Position numbers and translations under genes: made by a program | Assembly: GCF_037042905.1 (NCBI RefSeq) | Contig: NC_087246.1 | Coordinates: forward strand, 35,898,001-35,962,000 | Direction: 5' to 3' | Length of the DNA stretch: 64,000 nucleotides | Origin: Lytechinus pictus | Lineage: Eukaryota | Shown: in pieces, positions 23,968-36,644 of the stretch | How positions within the stretch are numbered: position 1 is the first letter of the stretch | Layout: the number at the start of each line of letters is the position of its first letter | Notes under the pieces: model-generated | Told to the model about the DNA's origin: nothing | Database searches by the model: none | What the model saw: the letters and a program-made list of their open reading frames with translations, nothing else

Positions 23968-24955
23968 CCCATGGCCATGGGTTCATATCATCTCGCGTGC
24001 GAAGGAATATCAGTCATATGCACGCGACACACACGACAAGTCAAAAAGATAGTGGGCTTTTGCCCACATAAAATATCACCAATAATCTGGTATTTCACAT
24101 TCTGCTATGACACTTACCGAATCATTTAGATCATTCCGTGACTTCTCCTTGAAGTTTCTTTTTGAAAAAATGTATCCTATATTTTCTTGATCTTGAAGAT
24201 TTCACGGAGATAAAATTTGGTCAGCGTAGATATCAATTTTCGCCTAAAGAGGGCGCGCGATTTATATTCATATCAAAGACACGACAAGGGAAAGATTAGG
24301 AACCTACACTATTTTACACGCAAATCGACGCAAGGCATTACGCGAAGTCCGTGAAGTGTCCAATCTTTTCATTGTATAGACTTTGGTATACCGTGACGTT
24401 CGTTAATACTGCTTGTACTGCTGGTTTCGTTTCAGGCATGTGTATTTAAAAAAATATATATATATTAGTCATCGTTTTAAATTGATTGCAACAAAAGTGT
24501 TATCATCGCAAATAGTAATCTTGAATTATGTTTTTGAAGGTATTTTATTTATTGGTGCCCATAATTAGTAAATTAATCATAAGAATTGCGCATTCAAAGA
24601 ATTTAGACACAGTTATAAAATTACCGAGGAGCTGAATCAAGGTTGTGAAATTTATTAGCGCCACCAACGGGCTTCCTTGTTTCCGTAGAAGAGACAAACG
24701 AAGTCACTTGCTAGGCCGAGGTAAGCGAAATTTGCTCTTTTTAAATGAAATTAGTATAATATCATATGTATAATTTTGTTATGTATTGCTACTTACCGGA
24801 AAGAGCCCCGGTGCGTAGCGAGAAGGAGTTTCGGCAAATATTACTTCAGCAATGAAGCAATGTTTGCCGACTACTTCGAAATCTACGGTCAAACACGGTC
24901 CGGTGTACGTGTACGAGGTTCGTATATACGAACCTCGTATTAGTGTGAGTGAGAC

Positions 24956-26110
24956 TAGTCTGGAGTGGAGGCGTCTGTAGCCTGGAGACTTCTGAGACTG
25001 GGGAGTAAAAGTCATCTACTATATGTAGGATTACTCCCGCACGAAGCCTGGCGCGGCTGTATATAGGCTTCCGCGCACCAAAGAAATAGGCAACTATAAA
25101 GTATAAAAATGCGCCAAACTGCTACTGCTAGTTATGTTTAGAATCTGAGCCTGAGGTTAACAGTACTAACACTTCTGTACATGGGTAAAAATATTGGTTG
25201 GCAACGTTTGACCAAAAATGGATTGTTATGGTTGCAAAATGACGCCAAAATGCGCTAAAATAATAAAAGTAGAAGAGAGTTTAATCTGTTGACATCGCCA
25301 TCTTGGATCCATTGTTATTGCAACCTAGTTACGTGACGCGTATAGAGGGCGGCAAAATCATGAGCGGTGCCAGATTAAAATGTCCCGCTTCAACTTCAAC
25401 TCGCAAGTTGAAGCGGGACATTTTAGCACTTTTTAATCTAGCACCGCTCATGATTTTGCCGCCCTCTATACGCGTCACGTAACTAGGTTGCAATAACAAT
25501 GGATCCAAGATGGCAATGTCAACAGATGTAAGTATACTCTCTTCTACTTTTAATTTTTTTATTATTTTAGCGCATTTTGGGCTCATTTTGCAACCATAAC
25601 TATCCATTTTTGGCCAAACGTTGCCAACCGATATTTTTACCCATGTACAGAAGTGTTAACCTCAGATTCTAAGCATAACTAGCAGTTTGGCGCATTTTTA
25701 TAGTTGCCTATTTTTTTGGTGCGTGGAAGCCTATATACAGCCGCGCCAGGCTTCGTGCGGGAGTAATCCTACGTATAGTAGATGACTTTTACTCCCCAGA
25801 AGCCTCCAGGCTAGGCGTCTGGGGAGTAAAAGTCATCTACTCTACGTAGGCTTACTCCCCACTGACGCCTGGGACACTAAGGCATACTCATGCACGTACG
25901 GCCACAAAACCTGAAACTTTCGCCCCCGAGATTTCTACTTTCACTCTAAAAGATCTAGCCCTAAATCATGTACATGGGGTTCAACTTCATTTCCAACATT
26001 TCTGCGATATCGATTTAGTTTTTAAAGAAGAATTCATTAAAAAAACGAGAAAAATGTTATGAAAAGATGGGAAGAGCTTACGGCCGTGTTTACGCCGCCA
26101 TCTTGATTTC
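24956..26110. mobile_element. Older solo arm of the same family, split by fold-back element 2
   Basis: Removing element 2 restores TAGTCTGGAG..GGCGTCTGGGGAGTAAAAGTCATCTAC..ACGCCTGG, followed by diverged arm sequence ending near CGCCGCCATCTTG. Confidence 0.7.
24978..25813. mobile_element. Fold-back element 2 of the same family, almost spacerless palindrome
   Basis: TAGCCTGGAG..CTCCAGGCTA; centre ~25400; perfect 8-bp TSD GGCGTCTG (24970-24977, 25814-25821). Confidence 0.9.
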
Positions 26111-26498
26111 TTTGTCTTCCGCTTGGCAACAGCACGCACATCACGCGATGTGCGTTTGTAAGTTACGAGCCATTTTGCGTATAACTGGTGTCATTAGAAA
26201 CTAAAATCAACACCAATGGAAATTTGGTGTGTATCATTTACCACTCCTACTAGTACCAATAAGGTCAATTCATAACAGTATTGACCTCATAGGCAAAAAC
26301 AGCACATATACAGGTTGGTGCGAGCACCCGCGGTAACACACAGTGATGGCATGCAACAAGGCTTATTTTTTTATTCAATGTAGGCCTAGCCTTGACTCTT
26401 TATTATCCAGTCTCTCAATTTGCACTCATAATAAAATCCTTACATTTTTCACAATCCATAGGTTAGGAGATCCTTGTCACACTCTGTATTGAAATGCA

Positions 26499-29400
26499 AT
26501 GGATGGACAGAGGAACAAGGGATACCCAACAAGAGTGGAGAAGAAAGGTCATCACAAGTTATACAACCCACCTTATGAACCATTGACTCCCATTATGATA
26601 ACTGATCCAGATGGCTTGACATCAGTCAAATCACCAGGAAAGAAGTCTGATGTCTTGTCAGCTAAACAATTGTCAAGAAAGAAAAGATCCACCAAGAAGC
26701 AGGGAAGGGATGAAGATGATGTTTGGGGGAGTCATCAGGATATTTTTGTTAAACCCAAAGTCAGAAGGAGACGAAAATCCTCATCATCTAGTGAACGGGC
26801 AGCCCTCTCTTCAAGATTAATTCCTTTACAATCACCCATCAAAAGACAGAAGCTAAGGCAGAGTTTGTCTCATATATCACCAAGGAGATCAGGGACAGCG
26901 CAGCATTCAATCTCCATGACGAAAGAAAATGCAAAGAAGCTTCAGTTTGTAACTAATCGGGCTCGGCAAAGAAGGAAAAGTATTGATAGCACTGAAGCAC
27001 AGAGAAAATGCAGAGTGGATAAGTTACCTCCCCCAAATATGGAACAGAATGTGTTGGCTCAAAGAGCAGGGGTTCATAAGGAGAGTGAAATGTTAAATGA
27101 GTTTAGAAACAAGCAACATTTATACTCAGAAGTGGGAGACTCCTTTATACATAAAGAATCAAAGCAAGAAGAGAGGAATTGCTCAAAGGTACTCAATTTT
27201 AGCATGTCTGGAATGCATGGATGCCAGTCAGGGAAGGATTTCATAAGTTCAGATGCTTTGCACAACCCAAGCGAAGGACTGTTCACTGATACTGAATCTG
27301 GAAATGAAACGGACACTCAAGCCATTGTCCAGAGAACAGTTTCAAGATTCCTCAGTTCACAGGAAGTGCAGAATGATTCCAACAAAGCCAAAGCCAACTT
27401 AGACCACAGATCTTCCTGTTCTGAAGGTGTCAGGAATATTGATTCTGAAGTTAGTGAGAGTTCCGTTGATAATGATGAAGCCAATGAGACTTTCTTAGAG
27501 AAGGAGGTTCGGAGTTTCTTCGAAAGTAAGAAACAACCAACTTCAAGAGATCACAGAGAGGTAATCCTGCCATCGGTAACATCATCATTGAATCCTGTAC
27601 CACAGGGGATGATTGATGGAGTATCAGATGAAAGTGAGGTCATTTGTGCAGGACAAAAGATGCATTCACAGCGTGAGCCTGATGCTGTTAGGGATAATGA
27701 TACTCAGCATAGTTCTGAACTTGTCATGGGTGATAGTGAATACGGGCAGAGACTCTCTGTTGACTCATCAAGTTCCAGTAGTAGCGGTGTGGAAATAAGT
27801 GACATCGATTTAGACCAAGTGGATGGGACTTTGAGTGAAGACATTTTCAGTGGATATGAGAATTCAAGGGACAACATGCAGAATTTTTTACAGAGACGTG
27901 GGTCATTTACAAACCAGGATGTTGAAATGGATTCAGCATCTGAGGAATCAGAACTGCAAGGTCCTACTGGGACTGGGAAGTCAAGTGATGTCAGCGAGAG
28001 GCATCAACCGCCTGGAGAACAAGCTGCTACTGTAGTATCCCCACCTCCATCAAAAGCTGAAATAGGAAAGCAGATGTTCCGGTTGTACTGTCACAAAAAT
28101 GCAGCCCCGAAAATTTTGAAAGTCCTCAAGACCTGTGGAAGCATCGATGGCAGCACTCTGCAATCAGCGGCTGTTGATGAGCCAATGTGTATTGAGGCAA
28201 TATGGGGGAAGGTATTAGAAGATTCAGCTGACAGAACTTTAACCGATGCATCACCTGTGCTCTTTGAGGAGAACTCTGATGATATTGATGAGCATGCCGA
28301 TATTGAAGAGGTTGAACAATTAACCAAAGAAAAAGATTTGGGGAGCGATTCAAGAAAGAGAGCAGGTAAGGATTTCAATTCATACCTTTTCCAATCCAAC
28401 TAAACAGGCTGCATGGCCACCTTGGAGAACAATGTATTTCACTGTGATTACCCTGTACTAAAAAAGAATAATAATCATTAATTATGACAATTACATGTAT
28501 AATGATGATGATGATATTTATATTAGTAATTGTTATGGTCTTGAAAAACATTAAAATAAAAACTTTCACAAAATGAACACATTATAAACCACTTAAGAGG
28601 TTTGTTGTGCTTTAATTCCATCCTTTGGCAAGGCATTTATCTGCATTTGCCACTCTCCACCCAGGTGTAGTAAATAGGTACCCAAGAGGAAGGAATTCCT
28701 TGAATTCATGAACACCTAATCAGAGTAGTTGTGCTAAAGCCAATAAAGTGATTTGTTGTGCTTTAACTCGCATCCTTTGGCAAGGCATTTATCTGCATTT
28801 GCCTCTCCACCTAGGTGTAGTAAATATGTACCCAAGAGGAAGGAATTCCTTGAATGCCTGAGCACCTAATCAGAGAGTAGTTGTGCTAAAGCCGGGGAAA
28901 TAATGTGCTGTGCTTAAAAATTTTTATCAAATGTTATGTAAATGTTGCATATATATTTTATTCCTTCTCTCTTCAGTATCTCACCTCTCCCATTCTCTTC
29001 TCATTGCCTATATGATCTATGTATTCTTGGCTTTCTGTATCTCACTTCTCCCTCTCCTCCCCATTTTATTGTAACATTATTTTGTTGCGGGGTATAGCTG
29101 AGAATAGTACAAAGACCAAACCAAAGAAGCCGAGGAAGAAAAAGAAGAAAGTCCCAGAAAATCGAGGAGATTGCATACTACAAAGGAGAATTAATATCAT
29201 TACTGGACCTATAACAGGAGGTGCAAGAAAGATAAATGGTACTACAACTGTATATTTTTTTATTCATAGGACAAGTCCAGTCCAATTGCAAGTTGGTTTA
29301 ATAAAAAAAAGAAATAGAAAACAAATATGTCGCTAAAAATTTAATCAGAATTGAACTGGCATGTAAAGTATAAAAAGTTACACATACAGTGTTTTTTAGT

Positions 29401-32400
29401 TTTCCCTTATTTCACACAAGAGTAAAATTAAAGCAAACATGAAATGCGGATGGCAATGATGTCTCGGAATCAGCATTTGATTTGTATTTTATTTTATGAA
29501 ATAAATGTATGTAAGTATTTTTCCTTTTTCACAAGAAAAAGTTTGTTATACCTCCCTCCTCTCCTTTCTCTGTGTGCTACCTCTTCATCTCTCTCTCTCT
29601 TGTTTTTAACTTCATTTTGTGCAGGTGTAGCTGAGAATGATACAAAGACCACCCCAAAGAATTTGAAAAAGAAGAAGAAAAAGGAGAGAATGCCAGAAAC
29701 ACATGGAGATAACACACCACAAGATGTGGAAATCACCACTGGACCAATTAAAGGAGATGCAAGAAAGAAAAATGGTACTGGAATTATATCTTTTTTGTAC
29801 TTGTATTTGAAGGACAAGTACACTCCAACACCAAGTTGGTTTGAATGAAAACAGGATGAGCCATGTTGCTGAGAATTTCATCAAAACTGGACACAACCAT
29901 CGTAGAAAATAAGAGCATTTTAAAATTTCCTTTGATTTCACATAACAGTTATATTCACAACATGGGTAATGTGCAAATGAGTGGATGGTGTCTGGTCATA
30001 TTTTATTTATCTTAATTTTTTTAATACATGTGTGAAATTTTTCATTGTTTGAGATAGAATATAGAGGTTCTTTATCTATCCTTGCCTCTCCCCACTGTCC
30101 CTTTCCTACCCCCTTTCCTCCCACCCTCTCTCACTTTCTTTTATTTATTTTTTTGATTGTTTTTTTTTGCCAGGTGTAGCTGATAATGATACAACCAACC
30201 CAAAGAAGTCGAAGAAGAAAAACAAGATAAAGAAGAAAGTGCCAGAAATACAAGGAGATAGCTCAATTCAAACTAGAATCAAAATCATCGCTGGACCTAT
30301 TAAAGGAAGTGCAAGAAAGAAAAATGGTACTGGAATTATATCTTTATATCCATGCCAACAAAAAGTTGGTTTGAAAGGAAGATTTGAAGATTATAGAAAT
30401 AGAAGAAGGAATTCAACCATGCTTTACATTATTGGAGGAAAACTAATATTGAAATATTTCATATTTCATAATGGATTAGTGAGTGTATGATGTTGGTTCC
30501 CTAATCTCTATTTATCCTGTGTTGTGTATATAATCTTTTGTGAAAATTTAGCAAACTAGTTTTAGATATCACAACAATATGAAGTAATCATAAGTGATGT
30601 AGTTCTCTGATTTTTCTCTCTGTATCAATATTGACCTACTGCGGGGTCGACTTGTTCTTGATTCAGTGTATTCTTCTTTTGCTCATCCGAAATCCTGTCT
30701 TTTCGGATAGAAATTACTGTGTAAGTTTTTTATTTCTATATTCTTCAGAATTGCGATGGAAGGAAGAATTGAGAGAACTCACCAAGTGCCTGTGGAGTCC
30801 TATCACTTTAGAACCATCCTTGGAATCTGGCCTCTGCATGCTGAGGCGTTTGAAGGCAGCGGCTAAGGCAACACCTCATCAACGAAAGACTCAACTTGAC
30901 AGGTAACATCATATGTATAGTGCCGTCTATCTGGTTGCCTTTTCAGAGCCACTCGTTTGGTTTAATCCCACTTGGGGAAAGTATGTACGTACCTTGTCAA
31001 CTTTCTGTTTGGGGTCGCATTGGTCGTTTTTTCTAGTTCATAAAGGATGGATCCAACCAGTTGATCTAGTTGCCTCGGAGCCCATTCACCATTTTCTCCC
31101 GGGGGGCCACTTACATTGACGAGTGGATACCATGCACGACCAAAAAAACACGTAAGAAGGATGTCTTTTTCAAGATAGGGCACGTTACGTACGTAACGTA
31201 ATAAGGGTGTCAAAACACTAAAATTATGAAAAAAGGGTATCTATTTTCGCTAGCAAAGCTACGTGTTTAGGGTCAAATTTGCGAGGGTATAAAAAATTAA
31301 GACTAACATGTTTTATAAAGGATGTACTTTTTGCCCAAAGAGTCAACACTACGTGTTTAGAGTACGATTTGCGCGAGGTGTGGGAGGTGGGGCTGTGCTA
31401 AACCCAATGATGCAGGTAAAGGTCAAACCGACGTCCATGACATAACAATTGAAATATTGCTGTACTTGTTTAGGGGTTCAATTCAGGGAATACTTGCCAA
31501 TAGTATCATTTTGTTTCCAATACTTGTTAAGGGTAGGGTTTCACACGCCAATACTTGTTAAGGGGTGCATTTTCAGAATATGGAAAATACGAGTTTAGGG
31601 TGCTTTTCGAGACCCCATGGTCGCGCATGGTATCCACACGTCAATGGAAGTGCCCCCCCCCCCCCCCCCCCCCCGGGCATTTTCTTTAATTTCCAATTTG
31701 GCTCTACCCACCTTGACTTCAATCCGCTTGGTCAAATACCACTTAATCTTTATGATTAGGTGGACTGTTAATAAATTAATTTTCCATTTGACATACCGCC
31801 CTTTCACAGGGTACCAAATCGTAATTTGAATGATGATTCCAGTGAAAAACAATTCTAATGACAAATTTTTAGCACGTGTGAAACCAAACTAGAATCGCGA
31901 ACGCTAATCACAATCACAAATTCAAATTCTACTCCGGAGGTGAATTCCAGTTAAGTATCACAGTCTTCACAATGTGAGACAAGGTCTAGAGGAAATGTAG
32001 TAGGCAAAACCCTAACACCAATTAACATAGTGCAAAATATAATGTCAAACAGCTTGCAACAAAACTTTGTTGACATGAGTAAATGTGCTCTCAATACCTA
32101 GACAGGAATGAATTTAAAGGGGGAATGAAGGAGGGAAGAGGAAGCAAACAGGGGGGGGGGTGGCAGGTAGAGGACAGCGTGTACGCTTTTGGGAGAGGAG
32201 TACTTCAAGGTTCAAGGGCATGGAAATATGGTTGGATTTCTTCAGAATCCTCTAATAAAAGGAGAAAAAAGGTTATTGTCACGAAAAAGGACACATTTAC
32301 TTTTCAAAGAAATATAACAAACAAAAAGCGTGATCTTATTTTTTATTTGTTTTATTTCTATTTTATTTCATTATTATTATTTTCATTTATTTATTTATAT

Positions 32401-32920
32401 ATATGCATACATCCTACGTAAGGGCAAAGTCTATGAATGGGTTTATTCCGTCATAATACACATTTAGACATTAAGTCGAAGGTAGAGGGCGTTAAGGCGC
32501 ATTGCGAACATTGAAAGAAGAAAAAAAAAAATCGCCTTAAAAACAGATGTAGAGAAATATATATATATATATTTTTTTTTTTGGGGGGGGGGGCATTTCC
32601 TACAAGGCATGCAAGTTCTTGTACAAGTTCCAGAATAGACATGGCATATGTGGGCCGGTTTGTCATTACAGGTCTGAACATTAAAATATTTTGAGCTGTT
32701 GTTTTAGATCTTAATTGCACCATATCAGTGGAAGATCTTTTATATATATTTTATATATACATTCCATTTTAGGATGGCAGATTTGAAAGAAAATGACCCA
32801 AATCTTGGAGGCTTCATCAATCTAATATCATACCCTGATGTCTTCATGACAAGGAAAAAAGACAGGCCCGCAATTCGTAACCTAGCTCCAAGTGAAATCC
32901 AAGTTTTGGGCGGTTCCTAA
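26499..32920 (+). CDS. Uncharacterised Lys/Ser/Glu-rich, probably disordered nuclear protein; exons 26499-28365, (29098-29238 uncertain), 29625-29774, 30174-30326, 30749-30902, 32773-32920
   Basis: Acceptor at 26461; in-frame stop just before the ATG; compatible phases (1,1,1,2) to TAA at 32920; NLS-like KVRRRRK and KKKKKK; ordered-looking C-terminus WKEELRELTKCLWSP..GGFINLISYPDVF; AATAAA at ~33160. Confidence 0.75.
28601..28892 (+). mobile_element. Tandemly duplicated (~151 bp) fragment of a SINE body
   Basis: Two copies of CCTTTGGCAAGGCATTTATCTGCATTTGCC..CTCCACC(C/T)AGGTGTAGTAAATA(G/T)GTACC, resembling conserved tRNA-SINE body domains. Confidence 0.6.
31098..31677. mobile_element. CCCGGG-ended non-autonomous DNA element
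   Basis: ~45-bp imperfect TIRs; perfect 8-bp TSD CATTTTCT; internal TGTTTAGGG repeats. Confidence 0.85.
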
Positions 32921-33225
32921 GCACCTGATTGAATGTTTATATAGTCTGGTCGATTCATTTGATATACAGGTATGATTTTATACTCATACACTTTGCACAT
33001 TCTATTTATACCATCACCATCAGCAAGTTTAGTTGTCGTTGGCCGTCCCTCTGCCCCATCAACTGAGTCATACATCTTTAAAAGGAAGTAATGCATGTAT
33101 GGCAAAAAGAATTGCCATTTTTGATATTACACTACCAGTCAAAATCAATTTGCCACTTAAATAAAAAACTATATACAAGCCTTTCTGAATACTTTTATAA
33201 TTCATATCATTCTTCACTATATAGT

Positions 33226-33658
33226 CAGACCTGCCAACCAGTACGTTTTAGGCGTATTTTGTACGTTTTTGCAACGAAAATACGGCAGTACGTTTTTTCT
33301 TTAAAAAATACGTTTTTTTGTAAAAAAAAATAAAAATTAAATCGTAATTTATTGAGAAAAATCATCTCTATATGTCTCTATTTCATAAAATGTACACAAA
33401 TATGGTTATTAGATCAATGTAATTTCATGTAACTTGTTTTTTCAATCATTTTGTTAAAACCAGGGTTAGATATACACATGTTTCAATGTTTTTTTTTTCA
33501 TCTGCAAATAGCAGTGCGCATTTTAGCTTGCATGCAGCTTGAGCGCCGCGATGAGCAAGTACGCGAAGCATTTTATTATGAAATACACTTTTTGGGGGAA
33601 AAATACAGTTTTTTTATCATAGAATACAGTTTTTCATTCCCAGAGGTTGGCAGGTCTG
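33226..33658. mobile_element. MITE with 14-bp TIR and 6-bp TSD (possibly a hAT subgroup)
   Basis: CAGACCTGCCAACC / GGTTGGCAGGTCTG; TSD TATAGT. Confidence 0.85.
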
Positions 33659-33689
33659 TATAGTGTTGATCATTTGAGACAATCGGCAC

Positions 33690-34347
33690 CGCTTTTCCGA
33701 CGGCGTCAACATTGAAATCTTGATCAAGGTTAAGTTTTTGATATGGCATCATAACTTTTAATGTATATGGATTTTATTTCATGACACTTGGACATATTAA
33801 GGGTAATCGAGTATCATTCATATTCTTACATGAGTTACATGTTTTATTATTAAGGTAAAAGGTTATTTAGGGTCAGTGAACATTGTCCATGTTTAGGTAT
33901 CAACATTGACAATTTTTTTGAATGCCATCATAACTTTGAAAGTATATGGCTCATTTTAAAGAAAATTTGGACACAAGTGTATCACTGATATTCTTGCATG
34001 AGTTTCAGGTCTCATGGTCAAGGTCAAAGGTCATTTAGGGTGAATGAACTTTTACCATATTTTGGTATCAATATAAAAATAAATCAACCAAGGTTAAGAT
34101 TTTGAGTTTTCCATTTTCCATAAAACGTTGATAAAGACACTAATGATTATCAGGAAATGGCAAATGGATGTAATTTCAAGTCACTGGGTAAAGGTCAAAA
34201 GTCATTTTAGGTAAATAAATTGATAATTTTATTATCAAATGAATATTGTATTTTCCCCTCTATGTAAAAATTGTTAATCTGGGTCGTTTTTAAAGTCCTC
34301 ACTGCTGGCATAATGCAGGCGAGACTGGAAGAGGCATTCCACTTGTT
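33690..34347 (+). mobile_element. 5'-truncated Helentron/HINE-like element with internal AGGTCAAAGGTCA tandem units
   Basis: About three ~190-bp units (CATAACTTT..TTGGACA..GGTCAAAGGTCATTTAGGG); 3' end GCAGGCGAGACT..CCACTTGTT. Confidence 0.55.
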
Positions 34348-34409
34348 GTGTTCTCTGAAAGAGCTTGTTCATATTTATGTGTAAAAGCAGAAGATGACCA
34401 GTCCTCGTC

Positions 34410-34791
34410 TTTTTATACGCCCATCCTAGATGTCTGTCAGTTAAACTTTTCCTTGTAAACGCGATAACTTCAGTTTGACCTAACCTAGGCTCATATAATT
34501 TGGTGTGTATGATACTAGCATTGATCCCAGGAAGCCTATTGATTTTGAGGTCAAGGTCACAGTGACATGTTTTCATCTTGCCCTTCTGCAGAAGTTGTAA
34601 ACTCGATAACTTCAGTTTAACTTAACCTAGGCTCATATAATTTGTTGTGTATGATACTAACATAGATCCCAGCAATTCTATTGATTTTGAGGTCAGAAGG
34701 TCAAAGGTGAAGTCGCCACCTTCCACCAATCACTCCATTTTCCGTGTTACAGGCAGGCGTAATATGTGCTCGCCTTAGCGACACTCTTGTT
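34410..34791 (+). mobile_element. Helentron-associated (HINE/DINE-like) element
   Basis: 5' TTTTTATACGCCC, two ~140-bp tandem units, 3' subterminal repeat CAGGCGTA, short hairpin GTGCTCGC-CTTA-GCGACAC, then TCTTGTT. Confidence 0.65.
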
Positions 34792-36644
34792 GTTTATAAA
34801 GGGGAAGACTAAAGAAAAACCTGAATTATATTTTAGGAGTTGGAGTTTTAATATTCATCCTTGAATAGGTTTATTTTTACTTCAATCCAAAAGAAATAAT
34901 GGCAATAGTCTACCAACAGCCAGATGACATGCCTCTGAGAAGATACATTAGATTTGTCTTTGCCAAGAGGGATTTTACCCTGTATTGCAAAGACATTATT
35001 ATGCAACTTTCATCCATGATATGTCACAATTATTATCCATTTCTTGAGGTAAATATATTTTCATTCATTGCATAACCAAATTTTCCACATATTGATTATA
35101 TTTTGCTGGATTATCACGACCCCTGAATTCGGTTGTAAGTCCCCCTAAGTACTGGCACAGAGAATGATTTCCTCAGACCCCTGTCATCTTGTTTGGCCCT
35201 TTTATTAGCACCTTATGGCCGGCCAATATTTCTTTGGAGAGTATAAAAAAAACCTCGATAGTCTCGGGGGAAAAATATCAAACAGCTTAAACCTTTCTTT
35301 TACTGATCATGTCTATCTCTCAAAATTTAATATTTGGTGCCCTTTGTTTCTTTTGTCCTCTCTTTTAATAAATTTGGGTCATCTGCTGCCCATTCCTTAT
35401 CGTAGCAGAATCCTCATCTAAGATGGCTGTTTAATATTTTTTAAATTTCTTTTGAAATTCCTTGCAAATGAATTTATTTTTCTTCATGAATATCTATGGT
35501 TACGAGAGATATCTAACACTGTTTTGTACTTTCTTTAATGATATTACATATGTATGGAAGATGTACATTTATTTATTTATTTATTCGGAAAGAATCATGA
35601 ATAAAATGTTATGTTATTTTAATCAAGCACTGTCTTCATAGGTTGGTATTTTTTAAAAGAATACGTGCAAATAGAACAAGAGCAGGAAAGAACAAGATAG
35701 TTGAATTATATTGTGAACTTGTCATTGCTGACAATTGTTATTTCATGAAACAGTGCCCTAAATATGATGCTACAAATCTCAGCAACATTAGGCAGTATTT
35801 ATACATGGTGAGAGAGAGACAAATCCCACCTCTAATGTCGATATGCATTTGTATACACTTCAGAGGTAAAGTGCCATTTGGTCTACTACTTTGTCTTTTT
35901 TTCAATTTCGTCTAATTACCATTTAACCCATGAACAATTTTGTCTGATTACCAAATAGGCCAGGTCTGATATCATTTAGTTTATTATAATAAAGCAAATG
36001 GTTTATGAACCAATTTTCATATGAGAAATTGTGAAAAAATAAGTAGATGAAGTGGTAATTAAACCATCTGGACAATAGACTGAAAAACAGTAAGTCCAGT
36101 TGAGTATTAGACCAAATGGTGGTTGGACCAAACATTAATTGAACTAAATTGATTGTAGATTGAATGGGACCCATTGCATGAAAGAGAAATGTTAAAAAAT
36201 CTCCAAAATTTGATACATTAACTGTACCAAAGTTATTCAAATTCATTTACTTAGTAACGCTTCCTGATGTATGAAATCAGAATTTGACTCGTCTTATGTA
36301 GTTCCAAAATTTTGGTCTGGGCAGTTTCTAAAAAATATTTTTCGATTTGACATGCACTTACAAGATCTGTTACAGATTTATGGCAAAATCACCCACCCCA
36401 CCCCTCCCAGCTATATGTATATAGGGTTAAGTGAGAACCCTTTTGAGCAAGTTTGCATGACTTAATATCAATAAAATTCCAAGAAAAATTGGACAAAGAA
36501 TAAGAAAATAATCAGCAATCCAATTTTGAGAAAGCTGTATGGAATCTCTCTAACCCCCCCCCCCCCCCACCTGATCTAGCGATAAACCTGGTATACAAAA
36601 GTAACAGGGAATATGTTCATGTCCGAACCCATACATCTCAACAC

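Noticed and set aside
28366-28403. End of the 634-aa ORF as the true C-terminus
   Set aside because: Strong donor CAG|GTAAGG at 28365 with phase-compatible downstream exons
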